64,000 nucleotides of DNA from an uncultured Eubacteriales bacterium (GCA_964369405.1 CAYJGB010000001.1:98408-162407), one strand, 5' to 3'. Positions 26,294 through 36,601 are shown, numbered from the stretch's first letter. Notes: generated by a model from the sequence alone, not told the origin. A program made the numbers and translations.

Positions 26294-27364
26294 ATGTCAT
26301 CATACTGTGGAAGTAAAATACAAGTATCAATATTTGGAGAAAGCCATGGCAAAGCAATAGGTGTTAATATAGATAATTTACCTAGTGGTGTAAAAATAGA
26401 TATGGAAAAAGTGTTACTTCAAATGGGTAGAAGAGCTCCGGGAAAAGATAAAGCAGCAACGCCTAGAAAAGAAGCAGACACACCAATAATATTAAGTGGT
26501 ATGCTAGAAAATACTACGACAGGAGCACCACTTTGTGCGATTATAGAAAATACAAATACACGTTCAACTGACTATAGTAATTTAATGACATTACCACGCC
26601 CATCACATTCAGACTATCCAGCGTATATTAAATACCAAGGGTTTAACGATATTAGAGGTGGAGGACATTTTTCTGGTAGACTTACAGCCCCTTTAGTGTT
26701 TGCAGGTTCAGTATGTAGGCAGATTTTACAAAATGACGGTATAGAGATAGTATCTCACATAAATTCGATAAAGAATATAAGTGATGAAAGGTTTAATCAA
26801 ACTAATATAGATTTAGAACTTATTAAAAGATTAAATAATGAAAGTTTTCCAGTTATAAATAAAGAGATAGAAGCTCAAATGCGAAATGAAATTGAAACAG
26901 CTAGAATGGAACAAGATAGCGTAGGTGGCATTATAGAATGTGGTGTAGTAGGATTTAAAGCAGGTGTTGGTAGTCCTATGTTTATGGGTGTTGAAAATGT
27001 TATATCGTCCGTAATGTTTGGAGTTCCAGCAGTAAAAGGTATTGAGTTTGGCAGTGGATTTGATATAACTAAACTTAATGGTAGTCAAAGTAATGACGAG
27101 TATTTTATAGATAATGGGCAGATTAAAACTAAAACTAATCACAATGGTGGTGTTTTAGGTGGAATTACAAACGGTATGCCTATAATATGTAGAGTAGCTA
27201 TAAAGCCTACACCATCTATATCAAAAGAGCAAAACACAATAAATTTACAAAACAATCAAAACGAAAAATTAATTATAAATGGTAGACATGACCCATGCAT
27301 TTTATCAAGAGCAAGTGTAGTAGTAGAAAGTGCAATGGCTATTGCTTTAATAAATTTACTATAA
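26294..27364 (+). CDS. aroC: chorismate synthase
   Basis: FGESHG, GRRAPGKD, RPSHSDY, GGGHFSGR and GRHDPC motifs. 356 aa. Confidence 0.9.
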   Translation: MSSYCGSKIQVSIFGESHGKAIGVNIDNLPSGVKIDMEKVLLQMGRRAPGKDKAATPRKEADTPIILSGMLENTTTGAPLCAIIENTNTRSTDYSNLMTLPRPSHSDYPAYIKYQGFNDIRGGGHFSGRLTAPLVFAGSVCRQILQNDGIEIVSHINSIKNISDERFNQTNIDLELIKRLNNESFPVINKEIEAQMRNEIETARMEQDSVGGIIECGVVGFKAGVGSPMFMGVENVISSVMFGVPAVKGIEFGSGFDITKLNGSQSNDEYFIDNGQIKTKTNHNGGVLGGITNGMPIICRVAIKPTPSISKEQNTINLQNNQNEKLIINGRHDPCILSRASVVVESAMAIALINLL

Positions 27365-27386
27365 TTTAGAGTTAAGAGGGATAAAA

Positions 27387-28523
27387 ATGGCTGGATTAGA
27401 CTCAATAAGAAAAGAAATTAATGATATAGATGCACAGTTAATAGAACTATTCAAACAAAGAATGGATTGTGCAAAAAGAGTAGGGGAGTTTAAAAAAGAA
27501 AACAACTTACCTATACTTAACCAACAAAGAGAAAATGAAATTTTAGATGTAGTGGAAAAAGAAGGTCAAGAGTATGGTTATGCATCAAGACTTTTATTTT
27601 CTAATATAATGGAGTTAAGTCGTGACTTGCAACATGATATTGTGGGAAGCGGAAACGCACTAAAAAATACTATAGAAAGTGCTAAAAGTATATTTGATAG
27701 AGAAGATAGTAATTTAAAAATTGCATGTCAAGGGATAAGTGGAGCAAACTCTCATCAAGCATCTAAGTTGATTTTTACAAACTCTCAACCAGTATTTAAA
27801 AAAACTTGGGAAGATGTTTTTAAAGCAGTAGAGAGTGGAGAAGTAAACTATGGAGTGTTACCAGTTGAAAATTCAAGTGCAGGTTCAGTATCAGATGTTT
27901 ACGATTTAATGATAAAATATAAATTTTATGTTGTAGCGTCGCTAGACCTTAATATAAAACATTGTTTATGTGGGCTACAAAATAGCGAGCTTTCAGATAT
28001 AAAAGAAGTGTTGTCACACCCACAAGGGCTATCACAGTGTTCAAACTATATAAGTGATAATAACTTAAAACCAGTACCATTTGACAATACAGCAACAGCA
28101 GCGTATGCTATAAGAGAAAGAAAAGATATACATAGTGCAGCTATATGTTCACAAAAGGCAGCAGAGGAGTATGGATTAAAAATTCTTAAGAGAGATTTTC
28201 AAAATAGCTTAGATAATTGCACACGTTTTATAGTTATATCTAAAGAATTGTTTATTGAAAAAGATGCTAGTAAAATTAGTCTTTGTTTTTCTCTACCACA
28301 TACAAAAGGTTCACTTTATAATGCGTTAGGAAGATTTAGCACAAACGGGCTTAATTTAACAAAAATAGAGTCAAGACCAATAGTTAATAGAAATTTTGAA
28401 TATTTATTTTATTTAGATTTTAGTGGAAACGTTTTTAATGAAAAAACCAAAAAACTACTATGTGCATTATCAGAAGAAATGCCTAGTTTTAGTTTTTTTG
28501 GAAATTATAAAGATTTATATTAA
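27387..28523 (+). CDS. pheA: bifunctional chorismate mutase / prephenate dehydratase (P-protein)
   Basis: N-terminal CM (IRKEINDIDAQLIELFKQRMD), PDT core (GVLPVENSSAGSV), and C-terminal ACT (GSLYNALGRFSTNGLNLTKIESRP). Confidence 0.85.
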   Translation: MAGLDSIRKEINDIDAQLIELFKQRMDCAKRVGEFKKENNLPILNQQRENEILDVVEKEGQEYGYASRLLFSNIMELSRDLQHDIVGSGNALKNTIESAKSIFDREDSNLKIACQGISGANSHQASKLIFTNSQPVFKKTWEDVFKAVESGEVNYGVLPVENSSAGSVSDVYDLMIKYKFYVVASLDLNIKHCLCGLQNSELSDIKEVLSHPQGLSQCSNYISDNNLKPVPFDNTATAAYAIRERKDIHSAAICSQKAAEEYGLKILKRDFQNSLDNCTRFIVISKELFIEKDASKISLCFSLPHTKGSLYNALGRFSTNGLNLTKIESRPIVNRNFEYLFYLDFSGNVFNEKTKKLLCALSEEMPSFSFFGNYKDLY

Positions 28524-28547
28524 TTAAAAAAATCAAGAGGTGTAATC

Positions 28548-29267
28548 ATGAAAAAATTAGTAGTTATTACAGGAGCAAGTTCAGGGTTTGGTAAAGCATT
28601 AGCAGAAGAATTTAGTAAGGCTGGGTATCCATTGCTTTTATTAGCTAGAAGAATAGAACTCTTAGAAGCGATGAACTTAGAAAATGCAATGTGTAGAAAA
28701 GTAGATGTAAAAGACAAAGAAAGTTTTGAAAAAGCAGTAAGAGAAGCGGAAGAGAAATACGGTAAGACAGATTTAATAATTAATAACGCTGGCATAATGC
28801 TTTTAGGAAACATAGAAACTCAACAAGAGCAAGAGTGGAAAGATATGTTAGATACGAACGTGCTAGGAGTAGTAAATGGAATGCAAATTGTAATGAATGA
28901 TATGATAGAAAGAGAATGTGGAACGATAATAAACGTATCATCAGTAGCAGGTGTAGCACCGTTTGCAAATCATGCAGTATATTGTGCAACAAAGTATGGA
29001 GTAGTAGGATTAACAGAAGTAGCAAGAATGGAGATGGCAAAACATAATATACGTATAATGTCAATATGCCCAGGAGCAGTTAAGACAGAATTATTAGGAC
29101 ACACAACAAGTGAAGAGATAAAGAATAATTATACAAAATGGCAAGAAGATGAGGGAGTTACAAGTATAACTTCTGAAGATGTAGCTAAAACTATAAAATT
29201 TGCATATGAGCTACCACAAGGAGTATGCCTAAAGCAAATTCAAATAGTTGATACAAAACAAAGTTAA
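28548..29267 (+). CDS. SDR-family oxidoreductase
   Basis: VITGASSGFG, NNAG and YCATK motifs. 239 aa. Confidence 0.85.
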   Translation: MKKLVVITGASSGFGKALAEEFSKAGYPLLLLARRIELLEAMNLENAMCRKVDVKDKESFEKAVREAEEKYGKTDLIINNAGIMLLGNIETQQEQEWKDMLDTNVLGVVNGMQIVMNDMIERECGTIINVSSVAGVAPFANHAVYCATKYGVVGLTEVARMEMAKHNIRIMSICPGAVKTELLGHTTSEEIKNNYTKWQEDEGVTSITSEDVAKTIKFAYELPQGVCLKQIQIVDTKQS

Positions 29268-29280
29268 GTAAATTAAAATA

Positions 29281-29320
29281 AAAATGAGAAGAACGCAAGT
29301 TGTGTTCTTCTCATTTTTTA
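29281..29320. terminator. bidirectional rho-independent terminator (SDR gene / csoR convergent)
   Basis: ATGAGAAGAAC (29284-29294) pairs with GTTCTTCTCAT (29304-29314). An A-run lies upstream and a T-run downstream. Confidence 0.8.
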
Positions 29321-29337
29321 GTGATGTTAAGAATAAT

Positions 29338-29601
29338 TTATTTTAATAATTTTTCTATCACTTTAGTTAATTCTTGAGTTTTCTCATCTATATCGCCTTC
29401 TTCTACAGCGTTTTTTATGCAACATTCAATATGAGAAACTAATATTTCTTTATTTGCTCGTGCTATTATAGCTTGTGTTGCCATTAGCTGAGTAGATATA
29501 TCTATACAATATCTATCGTCATCTATCATACTTAAAATTCCATCTATTTGCCCTCTTGCTGTTTTGAGTAGGCGTGTAACTTGTGATTTATCTGCTTTCA
29601 T
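29338..29601 (-). CDS. csoR: CsoR-family copper-sensing repressor
   Basis: 87 aa. LKTARGQIDGILSMIDDDRYCIDISTQLMA...HIECC is the typical CsoR/DUF156 pattern with Cys/His ligands. Confidence 0.85.
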   Translation of the reverse strand: MKADKSQVTRLLKTARGQIDGILSMIDDDRYCIDISTQLMATQAIIARANKEILVSHIECCIKNAVEEGDIDEKTQELTKVIEKLLK

Positions 29602-29611
29602 AATATACCTC

Positions 29612-32143
29612 TCAATCGATAGAAATCACTTTATATCCTGCGATTGTAATTGTGTCAGTTAATACTTCGTCTGAAATTTCTTTTGTAAGTATAACTTCTG
29701 CTGATTTTGTATCAAGCGATACTGTAGCACTAACACCGTCAATAGCGTTTAACACTTCGTTTACTCTTCCAGTACAATGACTACACATCATTCCGTCTAT
29801 AACAATATTCTTTTTCATAAAAATCTCCTTTTTAATTTCTATATTATTATCTTCTGTTTTCTTATCTGATTTATAAGGTTTGAAAAATTTAAGCCTTAAT
29901 GCATTTGTCAATACGCATATTGAACTAAGACTCATAGCACCTGCTGCAATCATAGGATTTAATTTAAACCCTAATAGAGTGAAAAATATACCTGCTGCTA
30001 TTGGTATTCCAACACTGTTATAGAAAAATGCCCAAAATAGATTTTCTTTAATATTTTTTATAACTGCTTTTGATAGTTTTATAGCAGTAACAGCATCTAA
30101 TAAGTCACTTTTCATTAAAACCATATCGGCACTATCTATTGCAATATCCATACCAGCACCAATTGCAATACCTACATCTGCTCTTGCTAAAGCTGGGGCA
30201 TCGTTAATACCATCACCGACCATTGCTACTTTTTTGCCTTGGTTTTGAAGTTTTCGTATAACTGCCTCTTTATCTTGAGGAAGCACATCAGAAATTACAT
30301 CAGTTGTGTTTACTAGCTTAGCAATCGATTTTGCTGTCCTGTTGTTGTCGCCTGTAAGCATATAAACATCTAGTTTCATTTCTCTTAATAACGAAATTGC
30401 CTCTTTACTAGTTGCTTTAACTGTGTCGGCAACAGCTATTACACCTATTACTTTGTTGTCTTCACAAAAGAATAGAGGTGTTTTTCCATCGTTTGCAAGT
30501 GAAATAGACATATATTCTGCCCAATCATTTTTAAGAGAATACTCTTCTAAAAGTTTTAAATTTCCTGCTAAAATATGTTTGCTTTGAATGTCGCCTATAA
30601 TACCTTTACCAACAACTGCTCTGTAGTTTGAAACTTCAAGAGGAGTAATATTTAAACTTTTTGCATATTCGTTTATGGCTGATGATAAAGGATGCTCGGA
30701 GAAACGTTCGATAGTATATGCTTTTTCTAACAAGTAGCTTTTTGTAAATCCGTTAGTAGTTATAACATCTGTAACTTTAGGTTTACCCTCAGTTATAGTG
30801 CCGGTTTTATCTAGTACAACAGTATCAATATTATGAGCAATTTCAAGTGCTTCTCCAGATTTTATCAATATACCGTTAGAAGCACCTACACCAGTACCTA
30901 CCATAATAGCAACTGGTGTTGCAAGTCCTAATGCACAAGGGCAAGAGATAACAAGAACTGCAATTGCAATTGAGATAGCAAAAGAAAGAGTTTGACCAGC
31001 AAATATAAACCAATATATAAATGATATAAGTGAAATTATCATTACAACAGGGACAAATATACCACTTACCTTATCTGCAAGTTTTGATATAGGAGCTTTA
31101 CTATTTGAAGCCTCTTCAACCAGTTTTATAATTTGAGAAATTGTACTATTTTCACCGACTTTAGTAGCTTTTACTAGTAGAACACCATTTCCATTTGTAC
31201 TAGCAGATAAAACTTTATCGCCTGCTTGCTTTTCAACAGGTATACTCTCACCAGTTAAAGCAGATTCATCAATCGAAGAATAACCTTTTATAATAATACC
31301 ATCAACAGCTACTTTACTACCCGGTTTTATAACAATAATATCACCGATAGCAATTTCATCTATAGATACTACTTCTTCAACGTCGCCTACTAAACGAATT
31401 GCAGTTTTAGGAGCTAAATCCATAAGTTTTTTTATAGCTTGCGTAGTTTTTGCTTTTGAACGAGATTCAAAAAATTTACCTAGAGTAATCAAAGTTAAAA
31501 TAGTTGCAGCAGATTCAAAATAAATATCGTGCATATACTGATGAACCATATGTGAAAGCTCATAATTTTGACCATAAGTAATCATATAGATAGCCATAAT
31601 ACCATATAAAAAAGATGCACCTGAACCAACTGCAATAAGCGAATCCATATTAGGTTTACCTATTATAAGCTTTTTAAAACCTACTGTAAAATATTTTCTA
31701 TTGACAAATAAAATCGGTAAGCATAATAAAAATTGAGTAAATGTATTGATTATAGCATTTTTCTCACCTAAAAATATATCAAAAATTGGAAGTCCTATCA
31801 TAGGCCCCATGGAAATATACATAAGTGGTATTAAAAAAGCAAAAGAAATTATTAATCGAAATTTCATAGATTTACTTTCGTCTTGTATGTCATCATCAAG
31901 TGTTGTTCTGTCTTTAGAAGTATGCTTTAACTTTTGAGTAGTTTTATATCCAGCCTTAGTAGTAGCATTGCAAATTTCTAGACTACTAATAATTTCATCA
32001 TCAAACTCAACTTGCATACTATTAGATAAAAGTTGAACATTAACACTATTAACACCGTTTAACTTAGACACAGCAGAATTTACATGTGAAGAACAAGCAG
32101 AACAAGTCATACCAATTATGTTAAATTGTTGTTTTTGTATCAT
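29612..32143 (-). CDS. copA: copper-translocating P1B-type ATPase with N-terminal and C-terminal HMA domains
   Basis: N-terminal GMTCSACSSHV, CPC motif (SCPCALGLATP), DKTGT and GDGINDAP. An extra C-terminal HMA unit (GMMCSHCTGRV) starts at an internal RBS+ATG (29818). Confidence 0.9.
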   Translation of the reverse strand: MIQKQQFNIIGMTCSACSSHVNSAVSKLNGVNSVNVQLLSNSMQVEFDDEIISSLEICNATTKAGYKTTQKLKHTSKDRTTLDDDIQDESKSMKFRLIISFAFLIPLMYISMGPMIGLPIFDIFLGEKNAIINTFTQFLLCLPILFVNRKYFTVGFKKLIIGKPNMDSLIAVGSGASFLYGIMAIYMITYGQNYELSHMVHQYMHDIYFESAATILTLITLGKFFESRSKAKTTQAIKKLMDLAPKTAIRLVGDVEEVVSIDEIAIGDIIVIKPGSKVAVDGIIIKGYSSIDESALTGESIPVEKQAGDKVLSASTNGNGVLLVKATKVGENSTISQIIKLVEEASNSKAPISKLADKVSGIFVPVVMIISLISFIYWFIFAGQTLSFAISIAIAVLVISCPCALGLATPVAIMVGTGVGASNGILIKSGEALEIAHNIDTVVLDKTGTITEGKPKVTDVITTNGFTKSYLLEKAYTIERFSEHPLSSAINEYAKSLNITPLEVSNYRAVVGKGIIGDIQSKHILAGNLKLLEEYSLKNDWAEYMSISLANDGKTPLFFCEDNKVIGVIAVADTVKATSKEAISLLREMKLDVYMLTGDNNRTAKSIAKLVNTTDVISDVLPQDKEAVIRKLQNQGKKVAMVGDGINDAPALARADVGIAIGAGMDIAIDSADMVLMKSDLLDAVTAIKLSKAVIKNIKENLFWAFFYNSVGIPIAAGIFFTLLGFKLNPMIAAGAMSLSSICVLTNALRLKFFKPYKSDKKTEDNNIEIKKEIFMKKNIVIDGMMCSHCTGRVNEVLNAIDGVSATVSLDTKSAEVILTKEISDEVLTDTITIAGYKVISID

Positions 32144-32181
32144 AGCAGTATCCTTTCTTAATATAGTAACACAGTACAGTC

Positions 32182-32209
32182 ATAACACCCCACAGGGGTA
32201 TGGTGTTAT
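32182..32209. promoter_or_regulatory. CsoR-type operator upstream of copA
   Basis: ATAACACCCCACAGGGGTATGGTGTTAT: a G/C-tract pseudo-palindrome (CCCC-N3-GGGG) flanked by the inverted ATAACACC/GGTGTTAT, 40-65 nt upstream of the copA start. Confidence 0.6.
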
Positions 32210-32306
32210 ATTAACACATAATTATATAATTGTCAACTTTATCTACAAACGTGTTTTACATATAAATTAAATTGTGATAAAATATTTGTATAGAGGAGTG
32301 ACATAA

Positions 32307-33017
32307 ATGAGTGAATTTTTAAGAACGGAAATGCTTATTGGTAGGGAAAATGTGGAAACATTGAAAAACTCAAGAGTAGCAGTGTTTGGAATAGGTGGAG
32401 TAGGGTCATATGTGTGCGAGGGTTTAGCAAGAAGTGGAGTATCGAACTTTATTTTAGTAGACAACGATACAGTAGACATAACAAATATAAATAGGCAATT
32501 AATAGCAAATCACAATACAATAGGGAAGTACAAAACTGATATTATGAGAGATAGAATAATTAGTATAAACCCTAATGCAAAAGTTGAATGTCATAACATA
32601 TTTTACACAAGTGAAAATATGCATAATATAAATTTATTACAGTGTGATTATATAGTTGATGCGATAGATACAGTTACATCTAAATTGATACTAATAAAAT
32701 ATGCATATGAAAATGAGATAAAGATTATTAGTAGTATGGGTACAGGTAATAAGTTAAATCCAATGGAGTTAGAAATTTCTGATATAAATAAAACTTCTGT
32801 ATGTCCACTAGCAAGAGTAATGAGAAAAGAATTGAAAGACAGAGGGATAAAAAAACTAAAAGTATTGTATTCTAAAGAACAGCCAAAAACACCATTGTTT
32901 TCACCAGAAAACAAAAAAGATAATAGAAGAAGTACACCGGCTAGTGTAGCGTTTGTACCGTCAGTAGCAGGGCTGATAATTTCTAGTGAAGTTATAAAAG
33001 ACATTTGCAAGTTATAA
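32307..33017 (+). CDS. tcdA: tRNA threonylcarbamoyladenosine dehydratase (ThiF/MoeB-like E1 family)
   Basis: VAVFGIGGVGSYVCEGLARSGV..ILVDNDTVDITNINRQ. 236 aa. Confidence 0.8.
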   Translation: MSEFLRTEMLIGRENVETLKNSRVAVFGIGGVGSYVCEGLARSGVSNFILVDNDTVDITNINRQLIANHNTIGKYKTDIMRDRIISINPNAKVECHNIFYTSENMHNINLLQCDYIVDAIDTVTSKLILIKYAYENEIKIISSMGTGNKLNPMELEISDINKTSVCPLARVMRKELKDRGIKKLKVLYSKEQPKTPLFSPENKKDNRRSTPASVAFVPSVAGLIISSEVIKDICKL

Positions 33018-33137
33018 AAAAGATAAGGCAATAAAATGTAATATAATTTTTATTTATATTACTATTAATTAGTAGAATGTTGTAAAATAAATTGATTGTT
33101 TACTAGTAATCAATTAGCTATTTATATAGAATTCTTA

Positions 33138-33177
33138 AGGGCTTTTTTAAATGAGTTATCTCATTTAAAAAAGCCCT
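33138..33177. terminator. strong hairpin between convergent tcdA and dehydrogenase genes
   Basis: 18-bp stem AGGGCTTTTTTAAATGAG (33138-33155) with CTCATTTAAAAAAGCCCT (33160-33177). Confidence 0.6.
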
Positions 33178-33195
33178 CTTCTACTCGATTATCTA

Positions 33196-34236
33196 TCAAA
33201 AACAACGTCCATTTATTTTGTTTTCACAATCTGTTGTCACTTCTCCTGTAACACAGTGATAACATACTTCGTTTATTAACTCTTTATTTTCAAAGAAATC
33301 TATCAAATTATTGATTGTTATTTCTGCTATATTTTTAAGTGCTTCTTGTGTTAAAAATGCTTGATGTGATGTAACTATTACATTTGGCATAGATACTAGT
33401 AGTGATAATACGTCATCTTGTATTATTGTGCTTGAAAAATCTTCAAAAAACAGTTCTGATTCTTCTTCGTAAACATCAAGCCCTGCACCACCAATTTTTT
33501 TGGTTTTCAAACCATTTAGTAGTGATTGACTTTCTATTAATGCTCCTCTTGAAGTGTTTAAGATATATACTCCATCTTTCATAATAGAAATACTATCTCT
33601 ATTAATTATATGCTTTGTCTGCTCTGTTAATGGACAATGCAGTGATATCACATCACTTGACTTGAATAATGTTTTTAAATCTACATATTTTATATCACTG
33701 TTTGGAATAGGGAACAAGTCATAAGCTAGTATATTCATTCCAAAGCCCTTGCATATATCTATAAACACTTGACCTATTTTGCCTGTTCCTATAACACCAA
33801 CTGTTTTACCGTGTAGGTCAAAGCCTGTAAGCCCATTTAAGCTAAAATTGTAATCTCTAGTCCTGTTATAAGCTTTGTGTAAATGTCTATTCAAGCTGAG
33901 TAAAAGTGCCATTGAATGTTCTGCTACTGCATATGGTGAATACTTTGGAACACGTACAATGTTGATTTTTTTATATGCTGATTTAAAATCTATATTATTA
34001 TAACCAGAGCATCGCATTGCAAGAACTTTAACACCGTTTTCATACATTTGCTCTATGGTGCTTTTGTCTATGTCGTCGTTTACAAATGCTACAACACCAT
34101 CATAACCTTTAGTAAGGGCGGCTGAATCACTAGTTAGCTTATGCTCAAAATACGTAAATTTTAATTTATCGTGATTAATTTTGTCAAACCATATTTTGTC
34201 ATATGGTTTTGTATCAAAAAATGCAATTTTATACAT
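33196..34236 (-). CDS. ldhA: D-isomer-specific 2-hydroxyacid (D-lactate) dehydrogenase
   Basis: MYKIAFFDTKPYD, GVIGTGKIGQ, NTSRG and TSHQAF motifs. 346 aa with an extra Cys-rich C-terminal tail. Confidence 0.8.
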   Translation of the reverse strand: MYKIAFFDTKPYDKIWFDKINHDKLKFTYFEHKLTSDSAALTKGYDGVVAFVNDDIDKSTIEQMYENGVKVLAMRCSGYNNIDFKSAYKKINIVRVPKYSPYAVAEHSMALLLSLNRHLHKAYNRTRDYNFSLNGLTGFDLHGKTVGVIGTGKIGQVFIDICKGFGMNILAYDLFPIPNSDIKYVDLKTLFKSSDVISLHCPLTEQTKHIINRDSISIMKDGVYILNTSRGALIESQSLLNGLKTKKIGGAGLDVYEEESELFFEDFSSTIIQDDVLSLLVSMPNVIVTSHQAFLTQEALKNIAEITINNLIDFFENKELINEVCYHCVTGEVTTDCENKINGRCF

Positions 34237-34309
34237 AAATAAATATCTCCTTTAAATAGTAATAACTATATTATGAGTAAATATAATAATATTATTTGCT
34301 TTATAATTT

Positions 34310-35128
34310 TTATTTAATTTCTGTATCATTTTCGATTTGTGGAATGAATTGAGATGCAAACTTACTTTTACCCTTTGATTTAACATAGAAAAAACCTATA
34401 AATGAAAATACTACTGCACCTACAAAATTTACAAATAAATCTTCCATAGTATCTAGTAGTCCTATATCTAAATAACCCTCTAATGTGTACTTAACACCGT
34501 CTTTTGTTACGATAATTGTTTCTGTAATATCATTTATACTTATTACACTGTTTTCATTATCAGGATTGATAAGAACAGAATTTATAGTATGGATTATAGT
34601 ATCTTTTTGCATATCAATATTTAATATCATATCTGCACTAAATTCTAAAAACTCCCACAATACGCCAATTGTCATAGAAAAACAAAAGGCAACAAACGCT
34701 AAATATACTGGAGATAAAGAAAATTTCATTTTTTCGTTTCTATTAAATATATCCACTAGTGAAAAACCGATAGCAGCCATTAAAAAGCCATTCAAAGTGT
34801 GTAGCATAGTGTCCCAATGTTTAAATATAATATAAAATTCATTTATTTCACCTAATATCTCAGCTGAAAATATAAATAATATGATTATCACTTCTAGCAC
34901 GTTAGGTATATTAATATGCATTCTTTTTTCTATAATTGATGGTATAAGAAGTAAAACTAATGTCAAAACACAAATAAATGCACTTTCGTAGTTTTGAGTT
35001 ATAATTTCTTCGATTAATATTCCGACTACAATTAATCTTATTATCAGATAAAAGACAAATGTTGACCTCTGGTGTTTTACTACTTCTTTAAGAGTTGTAT
35101 GCTCTGGTATTGGTTTAAATAATTTCAT
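34310..35128 (-). CDS. integral membrane protein, family not recognised
   Basis: ATG at 35128 follows GGAGG (track start 35182 has no RBS). About 7 hydrophobic segments. Confidence 0.6.
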   Translation of the reverse strand: MKLFKPIPEHTTLKEVVKHQRSTFVFYLIIRLIVVGILIEEIITQNYESAFICVLTLVLLLIPSIIEKRMHINIPNVLEVIIILFIFSAEILGEINEFYIIFKHWDTMLHTLNGFLMAAIGFSLVDIFNRNEKMKFSLSPVYLAFVAFCFSMTIGVLWEFLEFSADMILNIDMQKDTIIHTINSVLINPDNENSVISINDITETIIVTKDGVKYTLEGYLDIGLLDTMEDLFVNFVGAVVFSFIGFFYVKSKGKSKFASQFIPQIENDTEIK

Positions 35129-35163
35129 ATGTAAGCCTCCGATTAGATTATAATTAATAAAAT

Positions 35164-35196
35164 AAAGGTCGTTAATTTGCAAATTTAACGACCTTT
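35164..35196 (-). terminator. rho-independent terminator of the SEDS-PBP operon
   Basis: AAAGGTCGTTAA (35164-35175) pairs with TTAACGACCTTT (35185-35196). A T-rich run follows on the minus strand. Confidence 0.6.
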
Positions 35197-35212
35197 GAAT
35201 TTTTGCGTTTGT

Positions 35213-36601
35213 TTAACTTTCTCTTATTGCTTTTGCACTAGCCTCCATTGCAGCTACTGCTACTGGTCCTGCTGTAGAATATCCAAATTCTCCATCTTCT
35301 ACTACTACTGCAAAGGCAAGTGGTGCATCTTCATCACGTGAAAAACCTACCATCCACGCATCGTTTTTATCACCGTCTGATACTTCTGCTGTTCCCGTTT
35401 TTGCACATACTTCTAAATCTGCAAACATAGAATCACCGTAATTTGAAGTTACATCATATCTTAACATATCATTAAGCACAGAAGCCGTAGAACTGCTTAA
35501 AAGTTCCTTACCATAAGTAGGTGAGGAACTACTTACTGGATAAAATTCATTAGTAGATTTATTAGCTAATATATATGGTTCAATGCTAGTTCCGTCTGTT
35601 GCTATTGCCCCCATTAATATAGCCATTTGCATAGGGTTTACAAGGTCTGTATATTGTCCTATTCCTGACCACCCTAACTGAGCATCATCTGCATCAAGTA
35701 CTGCATAATTGCCTAAAGCAGTTGAAATGTTTCCTACATCAAAACTAGACATAATTCCCATTTCTTCAGCTGTTTTTTGCATTTCTTCAGCGCCTACTTC
35801 AACTGCTATTTGAGCAAACGTTGCATTGCATGACTGAGCTAGTGCATCATTAAATCCGATTGTTCCATGGTGTGATAAGCAAGATATAAATTGTCCATTT
35901 ATATATGTGCCACCCTCGCATTGGTAAGTTTTGCTCTCTATGTCTGGTATATTTTCTATCGCTGCTGCGGCTGTCACTATTTTAAAAATTGAACCTGGTG
36001 TATACGACGAGGATAATACTCTATCCAGATATGCTCCGTCATATTCGCTTTCGTTCTCCTCTGTTATTTCTGGTGGGTTTTGTGGGTCGTAAGTTGTATT
36101 GCTTACACTGCATATTACTTCTCCTGTTTCGTAGTTCATCACAACTACTGCACCTCTTCTATCTCCTAGTGCTTCATATGCTGCGTTACAAGCATCAGCA
36201 TCTATTGTTAATGTTAAATTGTTTTCTTGTTTAAAAGAATCAGGTAGTTCTAATCCCCAGATATAATTAAAACTAGTAAGGTCTGACCTATAAGTACTTT
36301 GTATAGCTGTAGATATATTTAAACTGTTATCTCCAACTACATGTAAAGTCGATTTTCTTGTAGTTTCATCTTCGTTATATATTCGCTCACCATCTATTGA
36401 TTGAGCTAAGATTTCGCCATCTCTATCATATATCTTACCAGCTTGTGCTAAACCGTATGAGCCAGATATATGTCCATTATACTCTTGCTGTACCCACATA
36501 TCAGCATTTACAAAAATTCTATACGTGAATAGACCGAGTCCAAATATAAAAGCAAAACTTATTATTGCTATAAATATTGAGCGTGATAATGTTCTTTTCA
36601 T
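35213..36601 (-). CDS. class B penicillin-binding protein (transpeptidase), PbpA/PBP2-like
   Basis: N-terminal TM segment. Catalytic motifs SIFK (SxxK), SCN (SxN) and KTGTA (KTG). 462 aa. Confidence 0.85.
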   Translation of the reverse strand: MKRTLSRSIFIAIISFAFIFGLGLFTYRIFVNADMWVQQEYNGHISGSYGLAQAGKIYDRDGEILAQSIDGERIYNEDETTRKSTLHVVGDNSLNISTAIQSTYRSDLTSFNYIWGLELPDSFKQENNLTLTIDADACNAAYEALGDRRGAVVVMNYETGEVICSVSNTTYDPQNPPEITEENESEYDGAYLDRVLSSSYTPGSIFKIVTAAAAIENIPDIESKTYQCEGGTYINGQFISCLSHHGTIGFNDALAQSCNATFAQIAVEVGAEEMQKTAEEMGIMSSFDVGNISTALGNYAVLDADDAQLGWSGIGQYTDLVNPMQMAILMGAIATDGTSIEPYILANKSTNEFYPVSSSSPTYGKELLSSSTASVLNDMLRYDVTSNYGDSMFADLEVCAKTGTAEVSDGDKNDAWMVGFSRDEDAPLAFAVVVEDGEFGYSTAGPVAVAAMEASAKAIRES

